Positions 21,401-31,001 of a DNA stretch of 64,000 nt are shown piece after piece; positions within the stretch are counted from its first letter, which is position 1; each line of letters begins with the position of its first letter. The notes under the pieces were generated by a model that saw only the letters and a list, made by a program, of their open reading frames with translations, did no database searches and had not been told where the DNA came from. The position numbers and the translations under genes were made by a program. Where the stretch lies: the NCBI GenBank assembly GCA_040755995.1, contig JBFMAF010000008.1, positions 1 to 64,000 on the forward strand. Direction: 5' to 3'. The DNA is from Acidobacteriota bacterium (GTDB taxonomy: Bacteria > Acidobacteriota > CAIWXX01).

Positions 21401-23752
21401 ATGTGGAGGAATCACTTCAAGACCGCGTGGCGGAACATGCTGCGCTATCGGGGCTACTCGATCGTCACCATCGTGGGTCTTGCCGTCGGCATGGCGTCCG
21501 CCTTTCTGATCCTGTTGTGGATTGTACAGGAGCTGAGCTACGACAGGTTCCACGCGAACGCGTCGAACACCTACCGAGTCGTGGTGGAAGACCACCGACC
21601 GGACGGAATCGATGTGCACCCCTGGCTTCCGTTCCCTACGGGCAGGGCGCTGGCCGAGCGTTTCCCGGAAATCCTCGCGGCGACCCGCACAGCCTCGGAC
21701 GACTTCATGGTGCGCTACAAGGAGCACAGCCACAGCGAGTTGTCCTTTCTCTTCGTGGACCCAGGCTTTTTCGACATCTTCTCGTTCCCGTTCGCACGAG
21801 GGACCCCGGCCGCGGCGCTGGCTGATCCGTCATCGATCGTGATCACCGATCGAATGGCGGCCAAGTACTTCGGCATGGAGGACCCGGTCGGCAGGGTCCT
21901 CAACCTCAGCAACAGGGCCGATTTCACCGTGTCGGCGGTAGTCCGGATCCCCAGCAATTCGGACTTCCAGTATGACTTCTTCCTGTCCTTCCAGTCCTAC
22001 CCTCGGTTCAATGCCGATCTGGCCGCACTGGAATCCAACTGGCGAGCGAACAACTACCCGACTTACGTGCTGCTCGCCGAGGGCTGCGGGCCCGCCCGAG
22101 TTGAGACGAAGATCGCCGGCCTGCTGGATCCGTACTCCCCGGACATGAAGCGTGTGCTCAAGCTGCAGCCGCTGGCCAAGGTCCACCTGTACAACCCCGA
22201 TGGCACTGACGGGCAGGTCCGTTACGTGCGCGCATTCGCGGTCGTTGCTGGACTCGTGCTGCTCATCGCCTGCATCAATCACATGATCCTGGCCTCGGCG
22301 TGTTTCGACCGGAGAGCAAGGGAAGTGGGGCTCCGGAAGATCGCAGGAGGAACCGGCCTCCAGGTGAGCCGGCAGTTCCTCGTCGAATCCATGCTCACGA
22401 CCGGTGTCGCATTTGTGTTGGCCATGGTTCTGCTGGAGGCCGTCCTGCCGCTCGCTCAGGGGCTGTGGCCAAATCCGATCGACCTCCATCGCTCCGATCC
22501 CCGGCTGATCCCGGGGATGCTGGTGATCGCATTCCTGGCCGGGACGATCGCGGGGAGCTATCCGATGGTCTTCTTCTCGCGGTTCCCGCCGGTGGCGGTC
22601 CTGCAGAGATCCTATCGCCTGGGAAAAGGCGCACTCCTGCGCAAGGGGCTGGTGGTCTTCCAGTTCTCCGTCTCGATCCTGCTCACCGTCAGCACACTGG
22701 TCGTCTTTGCACAGATTGACTTCATCCGGCACAAGGACCTTGGCCTGAGCCGGGAGAACCTGGTCTACGCGCAGATGCACGGCGAGAGCCGCAGCCGGGC
22801 GGAGGCGCTGAAGCAGGAGCTGCTCAAGCACCCTGATATCCTCAGCGCCACTGCCTGTCGCTACCTCCCTTCGCAGATCTTTGTCTCCACCGACAGCCTG
22901 TCCTGGGAAGGAAAAGCGCCGAATGAGAAGCTGGTGGTCGCCTACGCCTCGGTGGACTGCGACTACATTCCGACCTTCGGGATGACGATCACGCGCGGGA
23001 GGAACTTCTCCAGAGACTATTCGGCGGACGCTGACAACTTCATCATCAACGAGGAAGCGGCTAGGCGGATGGGTTTCCGTGATCCCATCGGGCAACAGCT
23101 GGTTTACTGGGACAAGCCTGGCACGATCGTCGGGGTCGTCAAGGATTTCAACCACCGGCCTCTCACTGATCCTATCCGCCCGCTCGTGTTGACGCCGCGG
23201 GCCGTAGGCGGGAGCCGCCAGCTGCTGGTGGCAAAGCTCAGGCTAGGCGACCCGGAGCAGGCTTTGGAGCACTTCCGCTCGGCGTGGCAGAAGATCAACC
23301 CCGGGTACAGTTTCGAATACACATTCTATGACGAGGTCTTCAACCGCCTTTACCTGAAAGAGATGCAGCTGGCACGGGTTCTGCTGGGGTTCACCGTGCT
23401 GGCTGTGTTCATCTGCGCCCTGGGCCTGGTGGGGCTCTCCTCCTACCTGGCCAGCGAAAGAACCAAGGAGATCGGCATTCGCAAGGCTTTGGGTGCGTCA
23501 GTCGGCGGCATCGTCGCGCTGTTCTCTCGGGATTTCGCCAAGTGGCTGGCGCTGGCCAACGCCATCGCCCTACCGCTTGGGTTCCAGCTGATGAGCCGTT
23601 GGCTTCAAGGCTACGCCTATCGCACGTCGATCTCGATCTGGATCTTCGTGGTGTGCGTCGCGTTGAGCATCTTGATCGTCCTGGCTTCCGCAAGCTACCA
23701 GACATTCCGTGCGGCCACGGCCTCACCTGTGGAGAGTATTCGCCATGAGTAA
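21401..23752 (+). CDS. MacB/FtsX-type duplicated ABC permease, copy 9
   Basis: Start MWRNHFKTAWRN; RTKEIGIRKALGA, SPVESIRHE. Confidence 0.92.
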   Translation: MWRNHFKTAWRNMLRYRGYSIVTIVGLAVGMASAFLILLWIVQELSYDRFHANASNTYRVVVEDHRPDGIDVHPWLPFPTGRALAERFPEILAATRTASDDFMVRYKEHSHSELSFLFVDPGFFDIFSFPFARGTPAAALADPSSIVITDRMAAKYFGMEDPVGRVLNLSNRADFTVSAVVRIPSNSDFQYDFFLSFQSYPRFNADLAALESNWRANNYPTYVLLAEGCGPARVETKIAGLLDPYSPDMKRVLKLQPLAKVHLYNPDGTDGQVRYVRAFAVVAGLVLLIACINHMILASACFDRRAREVGLRKIAGGTGLQVSRQFLVESMLTTGVAFVLAMVLLEAVLPLAQGLWPNPIDLHRSDPRLIPGMLVIAFLAGTIAGSYPMVFFSRFPPVAVLQRSYRLGKGALLRKGLVVFQFSVSILLTVSTLVVFAQIDFIRHKDLGLSRENLVYAQMHGESRSRAEALKQELLKHPDILSATACRYLPSQIFVSTDSLSWEGKAPNEKLVVAYASVDCDYIPTFGMTITRGRNFSRDYSADADNFIINEEAARRMGFRDPIGQQLVYWDKPGTIVGVVKDFNHRPLTDPIRPLVLTPRAVGGSRQLLVAKLRLGDPEQALEHFRSAWQKINPGYSFEYTFYDEVFNRLYLKEMQLARVLLGFTVLAVFICALGLVGLSSYLASERTKEIGIRKALGASVGGIVALFSRDFAKWLALANAIALPLGFQLMSRWLQGYAYRTSISIWIFVVCVALSILIVLASASYQTFRAATASPVESIRHE

Positions 23753-23762
23753 CAGATCGATC

Positions 23763-23898
23763 ATGCTCAGGAACTCCCTGACCGTCGCCTGTCGAAACAT
23801 CGCCCGCCACAAGGGCTGCTCGTTCATCAACATCGCATGCCTGGCCCTGGGGATGAGCGGCCCGCAGCAAGCCGGTGGAGAGCCTGCGGCATGAGTGA
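23763..23898 (+). pseudogene. Collapsed permease relic (N-terminus joined to C-terminus)
   Basis: MLRNSLTVACRNIARHKGCSFINIACLALGMS is followed out of frame by ARSKPVESLRHE-stop. Confidence 0.85.
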
Positions 23899-23996
23899 CC
23901 GACTCGCGCGTACAGTTGATGAGGGACGGACTGCCGTCGCGGGCTCTGACGTGGTGCGTCGTTGACCCGCCGGCAGAAAAGCGCAGGAGGAGTCGC

Positions 23997-26480
23997 ATGA
24001 TCAGAACCTCTCCAGTGGCACGGCGTCGCCTCATTCACGGAACCCGGCGTCCCCTGGTGGGCTGCCTGACTGTACTGGTTCTACTGAGCCTGGAGTCCAG
24101 CACAAGTCGGCCTCTCGTCGCGTGGCGTGATGCCGGCGGCTCGGCTGTTACATCGCCGGCACGTACGCCCTCGGCGGCATCCTGTTCGGCCATCTGCCTG
24201 CGGAACAACGGCTACGCGGTCTTCGGTGCCAACATGGACTGGGCCGTGTCCGATGCCGGGTTCATCTTCTTCAACAAAAAGAATGTGAGGAAGACCGGGT
24301 ACGTGACGAGTACGAACGGGAAAGTCGCCGAATGGGTCTCACGCTACGCCAGCATCACCTTCAATCTCGTCACGTATGAATTCGCATGGGGCGGGATGAA
24401 CGAGAAGGGATTGGTGTTCAGCACGATGAGTGGGCGTCCGTGGACCACCTCGCCCCCGCGGGACGAGCGGCCTCCGCTGGACTCAGGATGCTGGTTTCAG
24501 TACGCCCTGGACACCTGCGAGAGCCTCGATGAGGTCATTGCAGCCCACTCCAGAGCCAGAATCGTGACGGAGGATCACTATCTGGTCTCGGACAGATATG
24601 GCCACTGCGCCGTGATCGAGTTCGCGAATGGAGCGATGCTTGTGCATCGAGGCCGGAGTCTGCCAGTGGCGGCGTCATCCAACACAGCCTACGCTCTCGC
24701 CCTCGAGAACTGGTACAACAAGAAGCGGGGTCTTCCATGGCGGAGCCAGGACGGTTCCGTATGTCGCTTCGTCACGGCCGCCGACCGGGTTGAACAGTTC
24801 CGGTCGCGGGACCTGACGGGGGCGATCGACTATGCATTCGACACACTGCACGCAATTCGAGGCGAGCTGTATTCGCCACATGTCTCCCAATGGAGCATCG
24901 TCTTCGACGCGAAGAGTCTTCGCGCGTATTTCCGGACAGCCGCGAATCAGAACATCCGGTATGTGAATTTCTACGACCTCGACGTGAACTGCGATTCCCC
25001 GGTGAAGATGCTGCGGACACCGTCGGATCTGTCGGGCGGCGTTTCGGACAGATTCACCGATATTGACTATGCAACCTGCCTGGACCAGTTTGAGACCTTC
25101 TGCAGAAACTGGGGGATTGACTACACGCGCGAGGGGCTTGCTGCGATCATAAGGCACTTCGAAGGCTACTCGTGCACAGCAAATGATCCCCCTGAAGAGA
25201 TGCTCATATCAGCAGGGGTCCGGAGCCGGAACACCGAACCAAGGTTCGCGGTGAACCCAACGACTGGGAACATACTCGTGGTCTGGACTCAATCGGATGC
25301 TGCCGATGCCGCCTACAGTCACATCCGAAGCGCGATGCTCATGCGAAGTCTGACAGGACGCTATGTGCGGGCGGAATCCAACCTCCTTTCGGCCGACAAG
25401 AAGCACGCCTCGCACCCGTTCCCGATCTTCCAGGAGGATGAGGATCGTTTCCTGGTTGTCTGGGATGAGGCAGATCCGGGCAAGCCGGGCTCGCGGAGTC
25501 CGATCGCAGGGAGATTCGTCTCCGCCAACGGCATCCCCGAGGGCAGTATCACAAAGGTCATCTCCAACCGCGACAGGAACGAGTCCCCCGTTCTCGTATG
25601 GAGGCCCCAGGATGGGCTTGCATCGAGAACAGGCGGTCCCGGCATGGACCTGTTGGTGATTTTCAACGCCACCAGGCTGGACCGCGCGTCCCGCATGCAG
25701 TCTGTGTTGAAGATGGCTCGCCTCTCTTCCCAGATCAAGCCGAAGGAGGTGTGGGCGTTGATTCGGAGCGATGCGAAGCAGGTGGCGGGTGACTGGGTGC
25801 CGCAGAGGGTATTGCCTGTTGGAGCCGTTCAGGTGCACGCCCCGCACGTCCTCATCCCGGTTGCCCAGGAAGTAGTGGATGGCAACGGCTCCGCGCTGGA
25901 CCAGCACCGGATTGTGGCGGTTGACGGGGACGGCAGATGTACCGACGTCGAGAACCTCGGAGGAGTCGGTGCCGTGCAGCCCGACCTGACCTCTTTCGAA
26001 ACTGCGTCTGGGGGAATCACCGTTCTCGGATCGGTCGTTCAGGATCAGACCGTCGGTAACTATGTCATGAGTCTGTCCACGGAGAATGACGTCCCGCTTC
26101 TGACTCCTCTCTTCAGCTACACCGAGGGGATGACATCCACGGACTCGTTCTTCACACTTCTCCGACCGCCGGCTCCGCGTTCGAGCGGCCAGATCGCTCC
26201 GGGTGGGAGGCCCATCGTGGGATTCCAGATCTGCTCGGGCACCGATGGGACCGCCTATCTTCGGAGGATCCTGGATAGCGGGAGGACGTCGGGCCCCTGC
26301 CGGAATCTGTTCGACCAGGGACGCACAATAGAAGCCATGGTCGGATCCACGCTGAATCTGGAGGAGGAGCCCGACCGTTCGAAGGCAGGGAAGGGGGAGG
26401 AGCTGCTGATCGTCTGGCAGAGCAGAGTGACAGACTCGAATCGCGAGATCCGGGCACGGGTGCTCGATGTCATCCGCTAG
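23997..26480 (+). CDS. Secreted linear amide C-N hydrolase (choloylglycine hydrolase/penicillin V acylase, Ntn family) with long C-terminal extension
   Basis: AGGAGG RBS; signal/pro-region then CSAICL..GANMDW, GGMNEKGL, SVCRF, SQWSIVFD; about 430 extra aa with recurring LVVW strands. Confidence 0.82.
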   Translation: MIRTSPVARRRLIHGTRRPLVGCLTVLVLLSLESSTSRPLVAWRDAGGSAVTSPARTPSAASCSAICLRNNGYAVFGANMDWAVSDAGFIFFNKKNVRKTGYVTSTNGKVAEWVSRYASITFNLVTYEFAWGGMNEKGLVFSTMSGRPWTTSPPRDERPPLDSGCWFQYALDTCESLDEVIAAHSRARIVTEDHYLVSDRYGHCAVIEFANGAMLVHRGRSLPVAASSNTAYALALENWYNKKRGLPWRSQDGSVCRFVTAADRVEQFRSRDLTGAIDYAFDTLHAIRGELYSPHVSQWSIVFDAKSLRAYFRTAANQNIRYVNFYDLDVNCDSPVKMLRTPSDLSGGVSDRFTDIDYATCLDQFETFCRNWGIDYTREGLAAIIRHFEGYSCTANDPPEEMLISAGVRSRNTEPRFAVNPTTGNILVVWTQSDAADAAYSHIRSAMLMRSLTGRYVRAESNLLSADKKHASHPFPIFQEDEDRFLVVWDEADPGKPGSRSPIAGRFVSANGIPEGSITKVISNRDRNESPVLVWRPQDGLASRTGGPGMDLLVIFNATRLDRASRMQSVLKMARLSSQIKPKEVWALIRSDAKQVAGDWVPQRVLPVGAVQVHAPHVLIPVAQEVVDGNGSALDQHRIVAVDGDGRCTDVENLGGVGAVQPDLTSFETASGGITVLGSVVQDQTVGNYVMSLSTENDVPLLTPLFSYTEGMTSTDSFFTLLRPPAPRSSGQIAPGGRPIVGFQICSGTDGTAYLRRILDSGRTSGPCRNLFDQGRTIEAMVGSTLNLEEEPDRSKAGKGEELLIVWQSRVTDSNREIRARVLDVIR

Positions 26481-26520
26481 TGAGACCGCGCCGCTGAGCG
26501 ACCAGCTCCTTGGCGACCCG

Positions 26521-26640
26521 GATTCGGGCTTCGGCGCATTCGCACTCTCTGCCTTGCTGGCCATGCCGGTCGCCCTCGCCTCCGTCGGCTGTCAGGCGCT
26601 CCGCGCTGCACTGGCCGGCCCCGCCGGGAGCCTGAAAGAG
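26521..26640 (+). pseudogene. C-terminal permease relic
   Basis: GFGAFALSALLAMPVALASVGCQALRAALAGPAGSLKE aligns by eye with the array C-termini (e.g. LLTLSYQTIRAARANPVESLRYE). Confidence 0.65.
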
Positions 26641-26790
26641 CCTCTGGGAGGGCGCACCTGGAACGGAGCGGCCGGGCTCCCTATAATCACCATGATTCGG
26701 TCCTCCCGGCCGGCCTCGGCCATATGCCGGCCGCAAGATCGTTCGGCCCGGGAGAACCTCTCGACCCGATTTCGAAGGAGCATGTTGACG

Positions 26791-28656
26791 ATGAAGAACT
26801 TGTCCCGGCTGGAAAGGGAATTCGGAACCTGCATCATCATCTGTTTGTCTATCGGCGGATACGCCGTTGCGGACGGAACGAAGATCCCGTTCGACGCGGA
26901 GCACTGGGACCTCGGTCGGGCTAGGATTGCGGACCATCTCGGCCGGAATGCCCTGATGGGCACGGCGTTCCTCAAGGACACGGCCTTCGCAGACGGCGCG
27001 ATCGACGTGGACATCGCCACGACCGAGCGGACCCGGTCCTATCCCGGCGTTCTCTTCCGGGTGGCGGATCCGGCGAACTACGAACGATTCTACATCCGGC
27101 CGCACCGCTCCCCGTTCTACGACGACGCCCTGCAGTACGGACCCGTTTTCAACGGCGTTGACAGCTGGCAGCTGTATTACGGGCCCGGAAGGACCTCCGG
27201 CCTCGAGATCCTCCCCGGCCGGTGGAACCGTTTGAGAATCGTCGTGACCGGACGAATGGCCCGGGTCTTTTGGAACGATTCCGCCGAGCCGGTCCTGACG
27301 GTTTCAAACCTGGCCCGGGGAGTTTCCGCCGGATCGATCGGGCTGGCCGGGCCCATGGACGGAACGGCCTATTTCTCCGAGGTATCGGTCGCCGCCGGAG
27401 AGACACTGGGCCCCCCATCCCTCCCGGCGCCGGACATCATGCCCGGCCTGATCTCGGACTGGCGGATTTCGGACCCCTTTTCGCTGGCCGCAGCGGATTT
27501 CACCGTCTACCCCCAGGAGGTCGTAGATAGGTCCTCCTGGAAGATGATCCCGGTCGACGAGCGCGGACTTGCGGACGTGTCCCGGCTGTATCCGCGCAAA
27601 TTCCGCCTGGGTGACGCCGTCGTAGCGAAAACCGTCTTGACAGCTGAAGACGACTCGTTGCTACGGGTCGGGTTCGGGTACAGCGACTTCATCACCGTCT
27701 TCCTGAACCGCCGTCAGGTCTATTTCGGCAATTCCGCCTACCAGTCCCGCGACCGGTCCTTCCTGGGGATCGTTGGCTACAACGACAACCTCTTCCTCCC
27801 ACTGGACAAAGGTGAAAACGAGCTCCTGATCATGGTCGGAGAAGGGATGGGCGGCTGGGCCTTCTGCTTCCGGAAGGAGGACGAGATCCTGGCCGATCCG
27901 TCCCTGAAGAAAGAATGGACGATAGAGGAAGGCGTCGCTCTTCCGGAAGCTGTCGTCTATGATCCGGAAAGAGACGTCCTCTACGTTTCCAACTATTTCA
28001 ATGAGGGCAGGGAATTCATCTCCAAGGTTTCGACGAGCGGCCGGATGATCGAGAGGGAGTGGATCAAGGGCCTCAGCATGCCGACGGGGATGGCCGTCAA
28101 AGCCGACACCCTGTATGCCGTCGACCGCTCCGGCTTGAAGGTCATCGACACGTCCGAAGGCCGGATCAGGGAGACGATTCCGCTAGCCGGCATGCGCGTT
28201 CCCAACGACGTCGCCCTGGCTGCAAACGGTGACCTGTTTCTCTCGGACCTTCCCGGAGATGCCGTCTTCCGGTATTCCGGGGGAAAGCTTGAGCGCTGGC
28301 TGGATGGCCTGGACGGCCCCAATGCCCTGCTGGCCGACAAGGAGCGCCTCCTGGTGGGCCAGAATGGGATGCTGCTTTCCGTTGATCTGGCCGATAAGTC
28401 CATCAGCGTCCTGGCCCGGTTCGACCCGACCGCAAGCATCGACGGAATCGCGGCCGACGGCCGGGGCGGCTACCTGGTGTCCGACTACCACGGCAAGCTC
28501 TACCGGCTCTCCTGCGACGGGGACAAGATCCGCCTCCTCGACACAACCAACCCGGGTGAAAAGATCGCCGACTTCGCGCTCATCCCGGGACGGGGCCTTC
28601 TTGTCGTCCCCACGTTCGACGCCAACGGCCTCACGGCCTATTCCATCAAGGACTGA
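26791..28656 (+). CDS. Secreted multidomain protein: lectin/jelly-roll-like N-terminal domains plus SMP-30/gluconolactonase-like beta-propeller
   Basis: AAGGAG RBS; signal-like segment; C-terminal PEAVVYD, PTGMAV, PNDVAL, PNALL, IDGIAAD blades. Confidence 0.7.
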   Translation: MKNLSRLEREFGTCIIICLSIGGYAVADGTKIPFDAEHWDLGRARIADHLGRNALMGTAFLKDTAFADGAIDVDIATTERTRSYPGVLFRVADPANYERFYIRPHRSPFYDDALQYGPVFNGVDSWQLYYGPGRTSGLEILPGRWNRLRIVVTGRMARVFWNDSAEPVLTVSNLARGVSAGSIGLAGPMDGTAYFSEVSVAAGETLGPPSLPAPDIMPGLISDWRISDPFSLAAADFTVYPQEVVDRSSWKMIPVDERGLADVSRLYPRKFRLGDAVVAKTVLTAEDDSLLRVGFGYSDFITVFLNRRQVYFGNSAYQSRDRSFLGIVGYNDNLFLPLDKGENELLIMVGEGMGGWAFCFRKEDEILADPSLKKEWTIEEGVALPEAVVYDPERDVLYVSNYFNEGREFISKVSTSGRMIEREWIKGLSMPTGMAVKADTLYAVDRSGLKVIDTSEGRIRETIPLAGMRVPNDVALAANGDLFLSDLPGDAVFRYSGGKLERWLDGLDGPNALLADKERLLVGQNGMLLSVDLADKSISVLARFDPTASIDGIAADGRGGYLVSDYHGKLYRLSCDGDKIRLLDTTNPGEKIADFALIPGRGLLVVPTFDANGLTAYSIKD

Positions 28657-28662
28657 ATCCCC

Positions 28663-30798
28663 GTGAGAATCTTCGCTCCGGTCATCCTCCTCGGTCTCAT
28701 TGGTACTATCTTCAATCCGGCCGAAGGCGCGTCTCTTCCGGCGGCCCAGGGCGGTCTGAAATCGAAGGTGGCTGTCGTCACATTCATTTCCGCGCCCGAG
28801 CAGGAACGGGCGGTCAAGGCCCTGGTTCAAAGCATCCGGAAGTGGGGCGGCGAGTACCGCAACAGCCAAGTCTACGTCGTGTCGACCGACATCAAGGAAC
28901 TGCCGGGGAATTCCCTCAGGATGGACGGGGTGGAAGTCCTGGCCCTCGAGATGGACCCGGCCTACCTTTCCTATCCCCTGGCGTTCAAGGCCTTCGCTGC
29001 GGCCCAGGTCGAAAACAAGGTGAAGGGTGCGCTCTCCACGCTGATCTGGCTCGACCCGGGCGCGGTCGTCTTCAGGCCGCTCGCGCTTCTCGACCTGGCG
29101 GGACGGTACGACGCCGCCGTTCGGCCGGTCACCCTGGCCAACACCATCGGTCTTCCGCCCCAGACGCCGCCGAACGACTACTGGAAGCCGATCTACGGGG
29201 AAACCGGCCTGGATTTCGCGAAGCTCCCGACAATCGAAACCGTCGTCGACGGCGTGCGAATCCAGCCCTACTACAATTGCGAGTCCTTCTCGTTCAATCC
29301 CGACCTCCGCCTGGCCCGGGAGTGGGCCCGTCTCCTGACCGGGCGCCTTCAAGACGAGGTCTATCAAGAGCAGGTCTGCACGACGTTCCTCCGGAGACTC
29401 TTCCTCCATCAAGCGGTCTTGAGCGCCGTCATATCAGCCAACGTCCGGCCGGATCGGCTCAAGGCCCTGCCGCTGGCCGGCGGATATCCATTCGCCCAGC
29501 ATGAACGCGTTTCGGCGCCGCACAAAGCGGCCCGCCTGAATGACCTGACCGTGGCGATCTTCGACACGACCTGGGACACGGCTCCGGGGTGGATGAAAGC
29601 CGTCCCGATCGACGAGCCGCTGAGATCCTGGCTTGCCGGGATCTACATGGAATACATCGAGATCGCTCCCGGGATCTATCGAATCGAAGGCAGCTGCAAT
29701 TCCTACCTCGTCGCCGGGGACGGCGGCTCCGTCCTGATCGACCCTGCCGGGGCGGCGGTCGCCCCGGAGTATTTCGAGCGGATTCTGGCCGGATCCCCGC
29801 TGCGGGCGATTCTTCTCACTCACGCCCACCGGGACCATTCCGACGACATCGCCCGCTGGCGGCAGGGCCGGGACATTCCGGTCGTCGCCCAACGCGGGTA
29901 CAAGCGGTATTTCGAATACCTGGACGAAATGAAGGGCTTTTTCGCCAGGCGGAACGCCATCTGGGCCGGAGGCATGCCGGACCAGGCCATGCCCGAGGCA
30001 CCGGCGGTCAGGGAGAACCCGACTGTCTTCTTCTCCGACGAGTACGAAATCAACGCCGCAGGCCTTCGGATCCAGATGCTTCACCGGCCGGGCGAGACGC
30101 CCGATCATGCCGTGATCTGGATCCCCGGGCGGAACGCCGTTTTCGTCGGGGACAATTACTACGAGTACTTCATCAACAACTCCACCTTCCGGGGAACCAT
30201 GATCCGTCCCGTAGGCGGATACATCGATGCCCTCGAAACCGCTATTGCCTTCGAGCCTGAATACTTCCTTCCCGGACACGGGGCTCCTCTCCTCTCGAAG
30301 AAGGAGGTGACCGGGACAGCTGGATCCTTCCTGGAAGCCCTGAAGTTCATTCATGACGAAACCCTCAAAGGGATCAACGCTGGGAAAGACCTGCCCACTC
30401 TGGTGCGAGAAATCCGCCTGCCCTCCACGTATCGGATCATCCAGGCCTACGGAAAGGTGGAATGGACGGTCCGGGGCATCTGGCAGGAGTACGTCGGCTG
30501 GTTCGACGAGAACCCCGAGACGATGTACGCCGCCCCCAGTTCGGATGTCTTTCCCGATCTGGTGAGCCTGGCTGGCGGGGAGAGGATCCTGGAGCGGGCC
30601 CGGGTCTATCTCGAGAGCCGGGAACTCCAGAAGGCGCTCCACCTGACGCATGTCGTCCTTGAAGCCGAACCGCGGAACCGGAGCGCCAACGAGATCCGCC
30701 TGTCCGCGCTTGAGCGTCTCCTCGCCGGGACGAACAACTATGTCGAGAAGATTTGGCTGAGCTACGCGATCCGCCAGTGCCGCGACAACCTGAAATGA
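28663..30798 (+). CDS. MBL-fold metallohydrolase (alkyl/aryl sulfatase-like) fused to an N-terminal GT-A-like domain
   Basis: THAHRDH motif, PGETPDH, VGDN, PGHG, alkylsulfatase-like YGKVEWTVRGIWQEYVGWFDENP; signal peptide; N-domain with LIWLD/PYYN/HQAVLS. Confidence 0.8.
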   Translation: MRIFAPVILLGLIGTIFNPAEGASLPAAQGGLKSKVAVVTFISAPEQERAVKALVQSIRKWGGEYRNSQVYVVSTDIKELPGNSLRMDGVEVLALEMDPAYLSYPLAFKAFAAAQVENKVKGALSTLIWLDPGAVVFRPLALLDLAGRYDAAVRPVTLANTIGLPPQTPPNDYWKPIYGETGLDFAKLPTIETVVDGVRIQPYYNCESFSFNPDLRLAREWARLLTGRLQDEVYQEQVCTTFLRRLFLHQAVLSAVISANVRPDRLKALPLAGGYPFAQHERVSAPHKAARLNDLTVAIFDTTWDTAPGWMKAVPIDEPLRSWLAGIYMEYIEIAPGIYRIEGSCNSYLVAGDGGSVLIDPAGAAVAPEYFERILAGSPLRAILLTHAHRDHSDDIARWRQGRDIPVVAQRGYKRYFEYLDEMKGFFARRNAIWAGGMPDQAMPEAPAVRENPTVFFSDEYEINAAGLRIQMLHRPGETPDHAVIWIPGRNAVFVGDNYYEYFINNSTFRGTMIRPVGGYIDALETAIAFEPEYFLPGHGAPLLSKKEVTGTAGSFLEALKFIHDETLKGINAGKDLPTLVREIRLPSTYRIIQAYGKVEWTVRGIWQEYVGWFDENPETMYAAPSSDVFPDLVSLAGGERILERARVYLESRELQKALHLTHVVLEAEPRNRSANEIRLSALERLLAGTNNYVEKIWLSYAIRQCRDNLK

Positions 30799-31001
30799 GA
30801 TTGTTGCGCTCGATGCAAACACAGGGCGGTCCGCGCCTATGCAATGAATGCCTTCTGCGGTCATTGAGAACTCCCCGCCTCGTCAACAGCGGATGACGCC
30901 GCATGGAGACACGAGCCCGCAGATCCGGCGCCTCGCTCCCGGGATCCCTCATCGGTCCCCTTCCTGGCGCGTTTCTTGATTCTACTTCTTATGGAGGTTC
31001 C

